A stretch of 44,376 nucleotides of DNA, counting the filler, from Jimgerdemannia flammicorona (Eukaryota), in NCBI GenBank assembly GCA_003990765.1. It is 2 parts of 2 records of this genome, joined end to end, with 100 filler letters (N's around TTAATTAATTAA, not from the genome) between each part and the next. Parts side by side here need not be neighbours in the genome. Positions count along the whole stretch, not along the records: positions 1 to 22,142 come from RBNJ01001328.1; positions 22,243 to 44,376 come from RBNJ01001329.1. One strand, 5' to 3'. This document shows, in pieces, positions 1-26,190 of the stretch. Within the stretch, counting starts at the first letter, position 1, and each line of letters starts with the position of its first letter. The notes below the pieces were generated by a model, which worked only from the letters and a program-made list of their open reading frames with translations, was not told the origin of the DNA and ran no database searches. The translations under genes were made by a program, and so were the position numbers.

Positions 1-21
1 AAAAAAAAAAAAAAAACGTAC

Positions 22-15506
<15,485 letters not shown>

Positions 15507-16626
15507 GATTGCAGATCACAGGGGGGGTTGGCGGTGTTTGAAACGTTGAGTTGCTCGGTATGAAGATCAACCAAGGCTAGAGTTTTGTGTTTGTTGTCGG
15601 GGAAAAAGAAAAAAAGGGAGCTGACTTGCAGCTTTCGATAAAAGGACGACAGACTCGGAAGAGTTACCTTCCTGCCGCGCGCTCGTAATCTCCCCAAGTC
15701 CTTGTCAAAAATGCGTCCCCCTGATTGGCTGGGATGGGGAACGCTGAGTGCGCCAAGTTTACCACGCTACACGTGCCATTGCAGCCATATCAACCCCATC
15801 GAACCACCCTATGCAAAAAGAAAAGAAGTATATATATATTCAAGCCTTGCACCATCCACCGCATTGCAGACGTACTTCGAGCCTGTTCCCCCCCTTTTTT
15901 TGTTTTGCTTGAGCTCATAATTTCGAGTCTCGGCCACAAAGTACATGCAACTATCAGATCGTACATGTGTATACGAAATTTTCCCATTCAGTATCACCTG
16001 ATTTGGCACCGCCCCAACAGGTAAGCAACCAACATATCATAAACGATGATGTTTCAAGGTTATAGCAATGTATGGTTTACAAATTAAGTGACGCCCAGTT
16101 TGATTCAAGAGTTGCCAAGACCAGGTATATGTGTGATGACAGCCGAAAAATAAAAGCATTGAACAGCACAACTTTCGGATTGCTATCCGGCAGCTTCAGG
16201 GTAGGAGAACGATCGCCTAGATAAAAGAGAAAATTACTGGCGCCGATATGGTCGCACAACAATTCGGAACCGTCTTAGAACTTGATGAACGGCACATATG
16301 AACGTGCATAATATGAGATGTCCGACATTAGTATTTGATTCAGTGGAAATATATATAGTGATTAGTTTTCCTGGCATTACTGTCAGCTTGACGAATGATG
16401 AAATTTCCAAAGTGGAGTGCGCGAAAATGTTTAAATGGCGGGTGGACAAACAGGGAGACACAAAAATGTTCGAAACGACAGGCAAATGGGCCGTCGACAG
16501 GGCGCTGCTAGGAATATCAAGACGCGTATTTTTCCATACGCGAGATGGCGTCATTTGTGTGGGTGACGTCATCGGGTTGGAATCGATACAAACCGCCACC
16601 TGCCTTTACGAGTTGCTCGTCAACCG

Positions 16627-16714
16627 AACACCACTGTGTCTGGATGCAGGTCGTTGTGGCTGAAGCAAACAACGCGAGCCTCCACAACCACCTGCATCCA
16701 GATACCCTGGTGTT
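16627..16714. repeat. Inverted repeat / ~88-nt hairpin in the dynein-HSBP1 intergenic region
   Basis: TCTGGATGCAGGTCGTTGTGG (16639-16659) versus CCACAACCACCTGCATCCAGA (16682-16702) is 20/21 complementary, extended by AACACCA/TGGTGTT. Confidence 0.85.
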
Positions 16715-16868
16715 TGTGTCCTTCCCTCCCTCTTCTCATTTCCACCGACATTACGAGTTACGTTTCCACGCGATGGTGACTCTGTGTTTGTGAGATTCGC
16801 TGGCGGCAGTATTAGCCGAAACACGTTGTCTTCTGTGGTAACCAGGCAGGTGATGGAGGGTAGAAGTT

Positions 16869-16965
16869 TTATGAGGTGACACCCTACAAAACGGTGTAGG
16901 TGTTATGAGGTGACACCCTACAAAACGGTGTAGAGATGTTATGAGGTGACACCCTACAAAACGGT
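16869..16965. repeat. Minisatellite, 3 copies of a 34-36 bp unit TTATGAGGTGACACCCTACAAAACGGT(GTAG)
   Basis: Units start at 16869, 16903 and 16939; no unique spacers. Confidence 0.9.
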
Positions 16966-17373
16966 TTTCTTGCTATCCACTGCTCTATTTTTTTTTTTTT
17001 TTTTTTTTTTTTGTACTGCTATTGACCCCGTGGGCGCGTTCGAGAAGCTCGAGGCGGTGGCGCTGGCCATTGGGGATGAAGGCGGGTCGATGGATGTGTG
17101 GATCGGGTGAGTACGAACCCAGAGCTAGGCGCGTGTGCATGGCGTTCTGGGAGACGGCCAGCCTCGTGATTACAGAGAGGGCGGTTACCAGTGTTGAGGA
17201 TGTTTGCAAAGTTGTGTACGAACGTGGGGTTGGATGTGAAGGAAGGGGCGATGAGGACGGTGGAAATCCTGCAGGAGGTAGCATGTTAATGTCAAATAAA
17301 ATGTTGGTTTACCAGTAGATATAATTTCCGCCACGGTTACACACCGCCCCAAAACACCTCTTCCCACACCACC

Positions 17374-18092
17374 ATGAGCAAGCCGCAGCAGACGAGTCCT
17401 ATGGACGACAGGGCCCAGCTGGGATTGGACGACCCAAACGGCCCATTGGAGATTACGGGCTTTGTGAGTGTTGCATTGTGGGTGGCGGAATGGAGGGTAC
17501 GACTCTGGCCGACAAGCAGTTGTCTGTAAGCATTCACACCACTAATTCCATCTACCCATTGACGATACTTGCGGCCTTTCTCTTGGACGCAGGTCGAAAC
17601 CCTCCTTTCACAATTGGTGCGAAACTCTACTCTGCGTGATACTATGGATCTTGCATCTTTCGACACTCTCTAATTCCGCTTCTTCTCTTGCCGCACCCCT
17701 GTACCATTACCTACCTTCTCGTCTCTCCAGCAAGGCAAATTCGACGATATGTCCACGCAGCTCACTAACAAAAGTACGTCCCTCCGTTCTCTCTCTTCTT
17801 TTCTTGCACTTTTTTCATGACTGACGTTCCATGTTCACCGTCACGTCATTTACACATCTCCCCTCCCTTCCTCCTTTCCTTCCTCTTTTCTCCCTCCCCT
17901 CCCCTCCTCCCTCCCTCCTCTTCTCTCTCCCCTCTCCTCCTCCCCCCCTTTCCTCCCACCCCCTCCCTCTGCCCAGTGGACGACATGTCGACTCGCATTG
18001 ACGACCTCGAGAAGTCGATCGGGGACATGATGGGCCAGGTTGGCGTCGAGGACATCACAGGGATCGGCGGCGAGGACACCACTAAGAAGTGA
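17374..18092 (+). CDS. HSBP1: Heat shock factor binding protein 1-like, 90 aa; exons 17374-17463, 17593-17616, 17731-17773, 17977-18092
   Basis: Spliced product ...[47 protein letters not shown]... matches the HSBP1 coiled-coil pattern (KFxxMS...DDMxxRIDDLEKxI). All introns are GT-AG and the frame is preserved. Confidence 0.88.
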
Positions 18093-19385
18093 ACTGAGAG
18101 AGATTGCGGTTGGGAAATGGTGGATGGTTTGAGGGACGCGATTGAATGTGCTATGTTGTGAATATACCGATTAGAGGAATGGTGATGGCGGGTGTTTGGG
18201 GTTTCCCCGAAGGGGTGTCAAGCATGGTATTTAGATTACACATATTATAATACATTTCCCGGTTTTCATTGGGAGACTGCAGATGTATGGTGGCGGGGAA
18301 ATATCACCGAGATCTCAGCTTTAGAAATGGGTTTTGCGGAGTTTTGGCAAACCTCGACAGAGTGACATACCACTTCACAGCGATGTCACAGACAGCTGAG
18401 ATGGTCCAAAAAAAAAAAAAACTGCACTTTCTGGAGGACTCTTATGCATATAAATAGGGGGGTTTCAATTGACATCCATTCCTGCTGCGTTTCCCGACAT
18501 GCACAATCATACTCTTTCCTATCCATATCAGCCGGTATGGTTGAAAATGTCTAGGAAAGCATTCCCGACCCCGTTTATACATTCCACTTTCCAGCGAAGA
18601 GTTACATGTGAAGTCTCTTCTATCAGCCCTGTCAACATGGTACCACAACCCCATCGATGGTAAGAAGTTCAGGACCTTTCAAGGCTTCTTAAAGATGTAA
18701 GCTTTGATGTTGGATACGCCAAAAAGATCCCTATAGGTAAAACGTATTGGAGGTCCCCCGTCTCTCCTTCACTTTTCATTTTTCTTTTACTCTCTTCACT
18801 TCCACGCTGCCAGTTGCAACCATCAGCATTCCTGAAACCCGGACGTTTCCAGCGTCCACAGCCCAGCGGGGCACGGCCTGAGCCGCGGCCCGGACGACCT
18901 CGTCCGTCACGCAAATTCGTCGCTATTATCGTGATCACTTCGACCCACAACCCTCGCATCGCTCGACTTCTCGTCATCGCAATACTGAAATCAAGCAGGC
19001 ACTGCAGTTCGGACCCTCTGAATGTCCGGCAACCGGCACTTGAAAATCCGCATTCCGCGCGAGGGTCTTCAAGCCGTCCGGTACCGGCTGAAGCAGACGG
19101 GCGACGTTGAACTACCCATGGAGATGGCCATCAAGAACGAAGCAACGGAGATGTAGTGCAAGACCATAGAATAAGTGTGACTGCCAATTCTTCAGACTCA
19201 AACGGTGAAAATAGTTCCATAGAAGATACTCAAGACGAAAGCGGAAAGATACTATTCTATAGTAACATGCAAAGCGATGATAATACGACCATGCCCCAGA
19301 GAGATCCATAAAAATAAAACCTTCTCTCGCGATCGAATCCCCCCACACAGAGCACACACAAGCCATGCCATCATTCCATTTTATC

Positions 19386-20052
19386 CTACGCCGACGCCTC
19401 ATTCCACGCAATCACGGACATCATCCCCACGCCGACCGCCATCGCCACTAATTCCGTCACCATCTGCCTCGCATCCTTCTTGAACGCCCCCGTCACCGCA
19501 AGTAGTTCGGGGATCACCCCGACCGTTGCAATGTAAATAAACCCGCCGGCGGTGAAGGGGATGACCATGTCGCCCATGGTGACGCCCGTGCCGAGGAACC
19601 CGGCCGCGGCCTCTATGGCGTGGTCGTGGGGGTGGTGCAGCGAAGCTTCTTCGATGGCAATCCCCGCCAGGGTGCCCAAAAAGGCGCCGACAGCAGTGGA
19701 GAACTGGGCAAGCATGGCCTTCTGCTTGCTGAAGCCGGATTGGATGAGGATCGCGTAATCGCCAACCTCGTGCGGGATCTCGTGGAAGAAGACCGCTACG
19801 GCCGTCGTGGCACCCACACCGGGGGACGCGTAGAACGAGGCTGCCATAGCTAGGCCATCGGTGAAATTGTGGGTCGCGTCGGCGAAGAGATTCAGGTAGG
19901 CGGAGAGTTTGATCGTGCTGGTAGGTTCCGCGGAGGCAGCGGTGACGGGTTCAGTGGTGGGTTCGGCGGGCTCGGTGGGTTTCCGTTGGCGGAGGGTGGC
20001 GGAAGAGTCGCGAGCGTCGGGTTTGCGAGCAGCGGGGGTGTCGTGTTTATGT

Positions 20053-20112
<60 letters not shown>

Positions 20113-20507
20113 CCGTGCGCGTGGCCGTGCGCGTGGCCGTGGCTATGACCGTGGCCGTCGCCGCCGTTGAAGACACGCATGCCCTTATCCATAATGAAGA
20201 AGAAAGTCAGACCGATAAAAATTCCCATGCCTATGACGATGTTCTTCTTGTCGTCGACGACAATATGGGCGCTGTGGCTGTGGTTCTCGCCCAAGAAAGC
20301 GTGGGGAATGAGGTGCAGGAAGACATCGCCCAACAGACCGCCGACAGCGAAGGCGACGAGGGTGTTGAGGGAGGAGGTGTCAATATCGGGGGGGACAAAG
20401 TAGAGAAGGAGGTTTGGGAAGATTGAAATGTAGGCGGTGGCCAACAAGGAGTTGACGGCAGGGGAACCGGGAAAGAGGGAGGCGAAAACGGTCTGCTGGA
20501 GGGACAT
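19386..20507 (-). CDS. YKE4: ZIP family zinc transporter, ZIP7/Ke4/YKE4 subfamily, intronless
   Basis: AFAVGGLLGDVFLHLIPH, LNLFADATHNFTDGLA, FFHEIPHEVGDYAIL (HExPHExGD) and PFTAGGFIYIATVGVIPELL, plus a His-rich loop. First ATG is at 20507. Confidence 0.93.
20053..20112 (-). repeat. Coding hexanucleotide microsatellite (CCACGA)n giving an (HD)n tract in the ZIP His-rich loop
   Basis: About 10 copies of TCGTGG on the + strand; translation HGHAHGHAHGHDHDHDHD... Confidence 0.9.
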
Positions 20508-22142
20508 GGCGGGGAAATAGACTAAGGGAAGGATTATTGAAGCGATGGGCCTTTTAAATACGGACGGTGGCTCTGACAAACGCCAATTTCATTGTGGCTG
20601 AGTCAATTGTGTGCCACACTTATTGGATAAATGATCAAAAAGGCACTATCTAGATAACTTCGCCTCAAATCATCTCCATCGTGGCCTTTGTGTTTTATTT
20701 TTATATCGTGCCTCTCTCCCAATACTGCACCTAGTGAGAAACTATTATAACATGCCATCACATGCCTAACAAAATTCAGAAGTTGAGGTGTCCTCAGCAT
20801 TCTCTAATGTCAAATATATATATATATCAGAAACCTTTTCTTAAAAATAAACAGAAAAGCTTTGTGAATGAATAACCTTTTTCCACTCGTTTTTTAGAGC
20901 ATGGTGTCCTCTCCTGATCGGGCGAAGCCCATGTAACCTCCGATGTGTGGTCAAAGACGGATTGTTCTGGCAGTGAATACTCCACATCAACCAACTCCTT
21001 ATAGTTATTCACAGACAACTGAATCAAGTTCTGTATGTACGAAATGCCAAATATGAGCAAAGGTCAAGTATCAACGCATCTGACTATATAAACGTTCTCG
21101 AAATGCACAGCGCTTACCCTGAGTCGCAACATACATCTTGCCATTCTCACAAAATCGGATGGGAAAGACGACGATATTGAGACCGGCACTTGAAACCTCT
21201 CCACTTCTGCACATCCATACCAGCCACTGGTAAGATACACCACGGAAAAAATTCGATAGCAGAACCGAGAGCTCAGAATTCCACTACACGGGATCTTTGT
21301 CAACAGCTTGATAGCAGAGTCTTGCTGGTGTTCGCGAGCCTGGAGCACAACTCGGGCAAGCGCTACATGACAATCTCGTAACAGAACTTGGAGTCCAACT
21401 CCATCAGTAACCATTTTTGTCACCTTGCCAGGAGAGGCTCCGATGTTAGCCGCAGCACCAAATTCGCAAGTCCGGTCCGAGAGAATGCATCTGCATGTTA
21501 TTTAGAAAAGCAGATCAAATCGTCGGCCAAAGCTTTATATGAAACGGAATTTCAAAATATAATTAACATACTGTGAAGAGCCAATCACAACTGGCACCTT
21601 TTACTTGAGGCAACACCGTAGTTTTGGAAGATGTCTTCAGACTAGACGACGATAGTGCAGATGCTCTTCTAAACCTGGATGCCCGACATTCAACTTCCCC
21701 ACTGGTAAATATGGTAAGAATAAGGAACTTTTTTTTTTTTAAAAAAAAAAAAGCTATAGTAAATACACTGAAGAAAGAAGATACCTACTAGTGCATATCA
21801 ACAATATTGTAGATGCATTTGTACAGATGAACATTGAAATTGATATCTACGTCCCTTTCCGAGTTCACTCTCGTCGTAAACCCTGATTCAATCATTTCGA
21901 CACTAGATGATTGGTTAGCAAGTACATTTCAGCCAAAAACAGGTGTGATATGTACTCACGTATATCTTAATAGATCTAATATGTGTTGCGTATCTGGATC
22001 ATCACAATCAGACATGTCGACGGTCGACGCTGAGCTTGCTTTTGGCACTGTCAGTCTTCTTTTGGCATTACATTTTGCCGTATTCTCAGCAAGACGTTTC
22101 ACAACCCCTTCATAACCCTTTCTTTTTTTTTTTTTTTTTTTT

Positions 22143-22242
22143 NNNNNNNNNNNNNNNNNNNNNNNNNNNNNNNNNNNNNNNNNNNNTTAATTAATTAANN
22201 NNNNNNNNNNNNNNNNNNNNNNNNNNNNNNNNNNNNNNNNNN
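22143..22242. other. Artificial assembly gap/contig linker: 44 N + TTAATTAATTAA + 44 N
   Basis: Symmetric 100-nt block with a 12-mer that places stops in all six frames. Base composition changes abruptly across it. Confidence 0.95.
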
Positions 22243-22323
22243 TTTTTTTAAAAAAAAAACATATTTTAATTTTTATATTATTTTAGACAATATACAAATG
22301 TGAATTTGTACTTTACTATATAT

Positions 22324-23750
22324 TGTGACGGACCAGAATATACTACCCGAATTATAACTTAGCCAGATAACACAAACAATTAGCATACTTACTCAGTATG
22401 ATGTGACTTCCAGTGTATCATAGTTACTCATGCCCGCCACACTTATAATTAGCCAAGATACCAGATCAGGATTGTTTACCTGTGTCCTGAGGACACACTC
22501 ATGTCCTGCGGATACACTCATGTCTTGCGGACACACTCATGTCCTGTGGACACACCTGTACCCAGAGGACACACCCAAACATTACCAAAGATAGCAAATC
22601 TATACTTAGCCGCATAGTAACCAGATAGCAACCAACTTGTATAAATTACCCCAGAGACAAGAGTGAATAAACCTCAGTCCGAATTGAAGTGCAAACCAAA
22701 GAAGCCTCTAAAGATTGAGCAATTGGTCCCCTTATTCCCACTCTGGTTCACTTTCTGATACAAAGAAGAGTTTGTTACGTTTTTGGTTCGCTTGCTAGAT
22801 AAGCCTGAAGATTTGCCACCTAAGTTCAAGGAGAACTTCGCTGCCTTTTGAAAGAACCCGCTGCTTAAAAGAATAAGCCACGCTATTGGTATGCTTGCCA
22901 GATAAGCCTGAAGAACCCTATCCTCTGCCTTCCCAAGAAAGCCGCCTTGCTCAAGTCAGTTTCTGATGCAACTTCGCAGTGATCCATTCGTGCAAACGAA
23001 GCCAGTCTTTGACGTAACTTTGCTAAGAGACCCTTTCCCAAAGAACGCCACCAGTTGTTTGTATTCCGAGTAGAAGCCCGCCGATTCAGGAAGAATCCGC
23101 GCCATCCTGTTTCCCAGTTAGAGCCCGCCGATTCAGGAAGAATCCGCGTCACCCGCTGTTTCTAAGCTATCTGCCATATTCCCAGTTGAAGCCGCTGATT
23201 TAGAAGAGTCCGCGCCATCCGAGTTAATTCCCAGTTAAGCTGCCGTTTTCAAGAAGCCAGCCAAATCTGCATCGTCCACCACCTTCAAGTTATCCGCATT
23301 CCCAGTGAGCTCGGTATAGAAGAATCCATGCCATATGATTCTCAGTGAGCCAAATCGAGTTTTCCGCCGAATTATCAGAACATTTGCATAAGGAACCCAC
23401 CATGCTACATGGAGATCATCGCACTACACAAGATCCCTATGCAGAAATCGCCCGCCACCCAAGAAGGAGAACCGCTAAATTGCCAGACCGTCACACACAA
23501 GGAGATCGTTGCGCTATACAGAAATTGTGCCATTCCCAGTTGACCCAAGAAAGAAAAGACATACAAATTGCCACTACACCCAAGAACCTGTCCCAAAAAG
23601 GAAACCACTCACACAGTATCCAGATCTTGACTATTATACCGCTAAACACCAAGAACATTTTGTTGCTTTTAACAAAGTAACTGGGGGCTCAAGCCAAACT
23701 ATATCAACCCCCAACCTTGTAATTTGCCTCCATTGAGCCGGCACGTTACA
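22324..23750 (+). repeat. 5' LTR (1427 bp)
   Basis: Begins TGTGACGG, ends CACGTTACA; colinear with 31343-32769. Internal 19-bp repeats at 22483-22555 and GCCGATTCAGGAAGAATCCGCG-type repeats at about 23070-23335. Confidence 0.96.
22640..22680 (+). promoter_or_regulatory. LTR TATA box (TATAAA 22640-22645) and AATAAA (22666-22671) module
   Basis: TTGTATAAAT.ACCC...AGAGTGAATAAACCTCAGTC is present in both LTRs (one substitution) and recurs reverse-complemented at about 34379-34421 in the solo LTR. Confidence 0.7.
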
Positions 23751-23752
23751 TT

Positions 23753-23767
23753 TGGGGGCTCAACTGG
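23753..23767 (+). promoter_or_regulatory. Primer binding site, tRNA-Pro type (TGGGGGCTCAACTGG)
   Basis: Starts 2 nt after the 5' LTR. TGGGGGCTC is the start of the tRNA-Pro PBS used by gammaretroviruses. The host tRNA was not checked. Confidence 0.7.
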
Positions 23768-24317
23768 AAAGATTTCAAAATTGACGTGACTTTTTAGCTC
23801 ACAAGAACCCACAGTCAAACTGGATACATTTGATACAACACCAATCTCTGCCACTACAGGAGAACCAGTCATCACTAGCATTTGGACAGGAAGAGAAGTA
23901 ATTACCTCAAGACTTGCCAACTATCCAGCATCAGAAGGATCCCAACCAGAAGCAGGAGGCAGTACAGCCCAAAATTCTCAACCAGACCAACCAGATCAAC
24001 CAGACAATACAGGCAGCCCTGCTAGAGATTTCGGAGAACTTGCACAAGAACTAGAAGATCTTATCACACGAACCCAATACTTCACAGCCAGACACCCCAC
24101 ACCAGTCCCACTAATCTCACCAATAGAACCCCTACCACAACCCCTTGCAGAACCAAAAGTAGCTCCTACAAGAATACCTAGGCCTATTTCACCTCACCCA
24201 AGGACCAGAACACCATCTTCAAGATACCCAAGCACCCCCATTTCTAGTAACAGTTCAGAAAGTGAATCAGAATCAGAATCTGAACCAGAACCAGAATCAG
24301 AAGAAAGTGACAAAGAA

Positions 24318-25508
24318 ATGGCCACCTCACTGCCAATCTTTGCAGGATACCCGGAGGAAGACCCCAGAGAATTCCTTGATAGAATTGAAGAAATCGCAGC
24401 CTTGAGGAATCTCTCAGATGAAAGAAAAATCGCTATTTATAAAGCCCAGCTCAGGGAACCAGCCAGAGGAATTTTCCACCGAACAGCAAACAACCCAGAT
24501 TCAGAATTAGTAAGACAGATACAAGTAGCAATCTCTAATGAGCTAGAATATCAGGCCATGGTCTACTGGCTCATAGAAAAGTATGCAGGAAATGAAACCC
24601 GCCATAAGGCTCAAGAATCCATCATGGGAATGAAGATGAATCTTGGAGAACCGCCCAGAGCCTTCTTCACAAGAATCCAGAAGAGAATGCATTCTGCTGG
24701 GTTCAATGCCACCAACCAGGACATCATAGGTCCAATGACCTTCATGAATGGAATTCCCCTGAATATTGCCCAGCATGTCCGCACCCTAGGCATCAGAAGG
24801 TCTGAAGAACAAGTAGATGCGGCCCAAGGATTCTTTGATGTCAGACAAGGAACCACCTGGAGCGATCATAATAAGAAAGAAGATAAAGAAGATATCCTGG
24901 TCAAGGCCCTGCAAGGACTCCTTCAAGGACAAGAAAGATCCGAGAAAAGAAGGCCAGCCAAGGAAGGAAAGAAGGACAGAAGTGAAATCCAAGACCTCAG
25001 CTCCAAGTTAGACTGATTGGTTGGACAGATCGAAAAACTCACCATACACGAAAATTGGGACTACCAAAACCACAGAGGATACCCACCACAGAGGAGCCAA
25101 GGTTATCCACCAAGAGATAACAGAAATTACCAGCAAGAAGAAAGAAGGTATCCTGCCCGAGACAAAGCCCAAGTCCAATGCTTCTATTGTGGACAATTCG
25201 GACACTATGCTACTGAATGTGATAACAAAAGAAGTGACCGAAGAGATTCAGAACCACCAAACCGAAGGAATGACACTCAGCACAAGAAGACTGAAGCCCA
25301 TCTTGTTGAAGATTTCGAGGAAGCAAGCAATAGTGAAGACTACAGTGACCTAGACTTGTATCCTACCAAGGTTACAACCCGGAAAACAGTCTATCCAGCA
25401 GAGAAGAGAAAGAGACCTGTAGGAAGACCATCCAGGAACATCAGCAGAAGAATTATCCAAGAAGAGGACGAAGAACATGAGGAGGAACAAGTAGAAACAC
25501 CTCCCTGA
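24318..25508 (+). pseudogene. Retrotransposon gag with CCHC zinc knuckle
   Basis: LPIFAGYPEEDPREFL capsid-like start and CFYCGQFGHYATEC knuckle; in-frame TGA at 25014. Confidence 0.85.
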
Positions 25509-25829
25509 ACCCCCTCACCTTTTGTTCCCGAGACAAACAAGTTGCCATCAGAAGATGAGGAAATGGAACAAGAAGAACAGGAATCTACTGCCCCAAAGCC
25601 CGAGAAGAAGTACACTCCGAAAACCATGCCTAGGGACATTTACAATGAAGCCTGGCAGAAGATTCAAGAAGCCAAGATGGAAGTCCCCCTCCTACAGTTC
25701 TTGCAATTGATACCAGCTGGAGTCTGAAACAAATTGCTGAAAACCACTAGGTCTAGCACTGGCCGAGTTCCAATCCCACAGCAAGAACCAGTTCCCATCC
25801 CTGTCCAGACAGCTGAAAGACATGTCAGC

Positions 25830-26190
25830 ACCTACTTACATAGAGACATTGGAGGACAAAAAGCGAAAATCCTCATAGACACAGGAGCAGCTATCTGTGT
25901 CATTGCCAAACGATTCTTGGACACCCTCCAATGGCCCATTGATGGACCATCCAACCTCAGCATTATAGTAGCAGATGGAGCCTGAACTCAACCCCTTGGA
26001 GAAGTACAAAATATCACCATCTCCCTTGGACACATTCAGTTCTCCATTCCCAAAGCTGTTGTCACTGAAGCTGTCACCTATGACATGATTCTTGGTACCA
26101 ACTGGATGAAGGAAATGAATGCAGTTGTTGATATCGGCCAACAAGTACTCAAGTTTGACTACCGAGGCAAGAAGTACCGAGTTAAGGTGA
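25830..26190 (+). pseudogene. Retrotransposon aspartic protease
   Basis: ILIDTGAAICVI and YDMILGTNWM motifs in the gag frame; in-frame TGA at 25983. Confidence 0.9.

Noticed and set aside
16869..16965. CRISPR-like direct repeats
   Set aside because: No unique spacers, no cas genes, eukaryotic context.
16985..17284. 99-aa minus-strand ORF upstream of HSBP1
   Set aside because: Runs into a poly(A) tract and I cannot recognise a family or build a convincing spliced model; it may still be a real first exon.
18669..19110. GC-rich short ORFs between HSBP1 and the ZIP gene
   Set aside because: Non-ATG starts, no motifs and no supportable gene model.
20600..22142. Possible exon fragments before the gap
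   Set aside because: Some splice-like sites are present, but there is no coherent frame or recognisable domain.
22187..22198. TTAATTAATTAA as a biological site
   Set aside because: Centred in Ns; a synthetic linker.
23345..23680. 111-aa ORF open in both LTRs (also 32364-32699)
   Set aside because: GTG start, no recognisable motif, and the two copies are not independent evidence.
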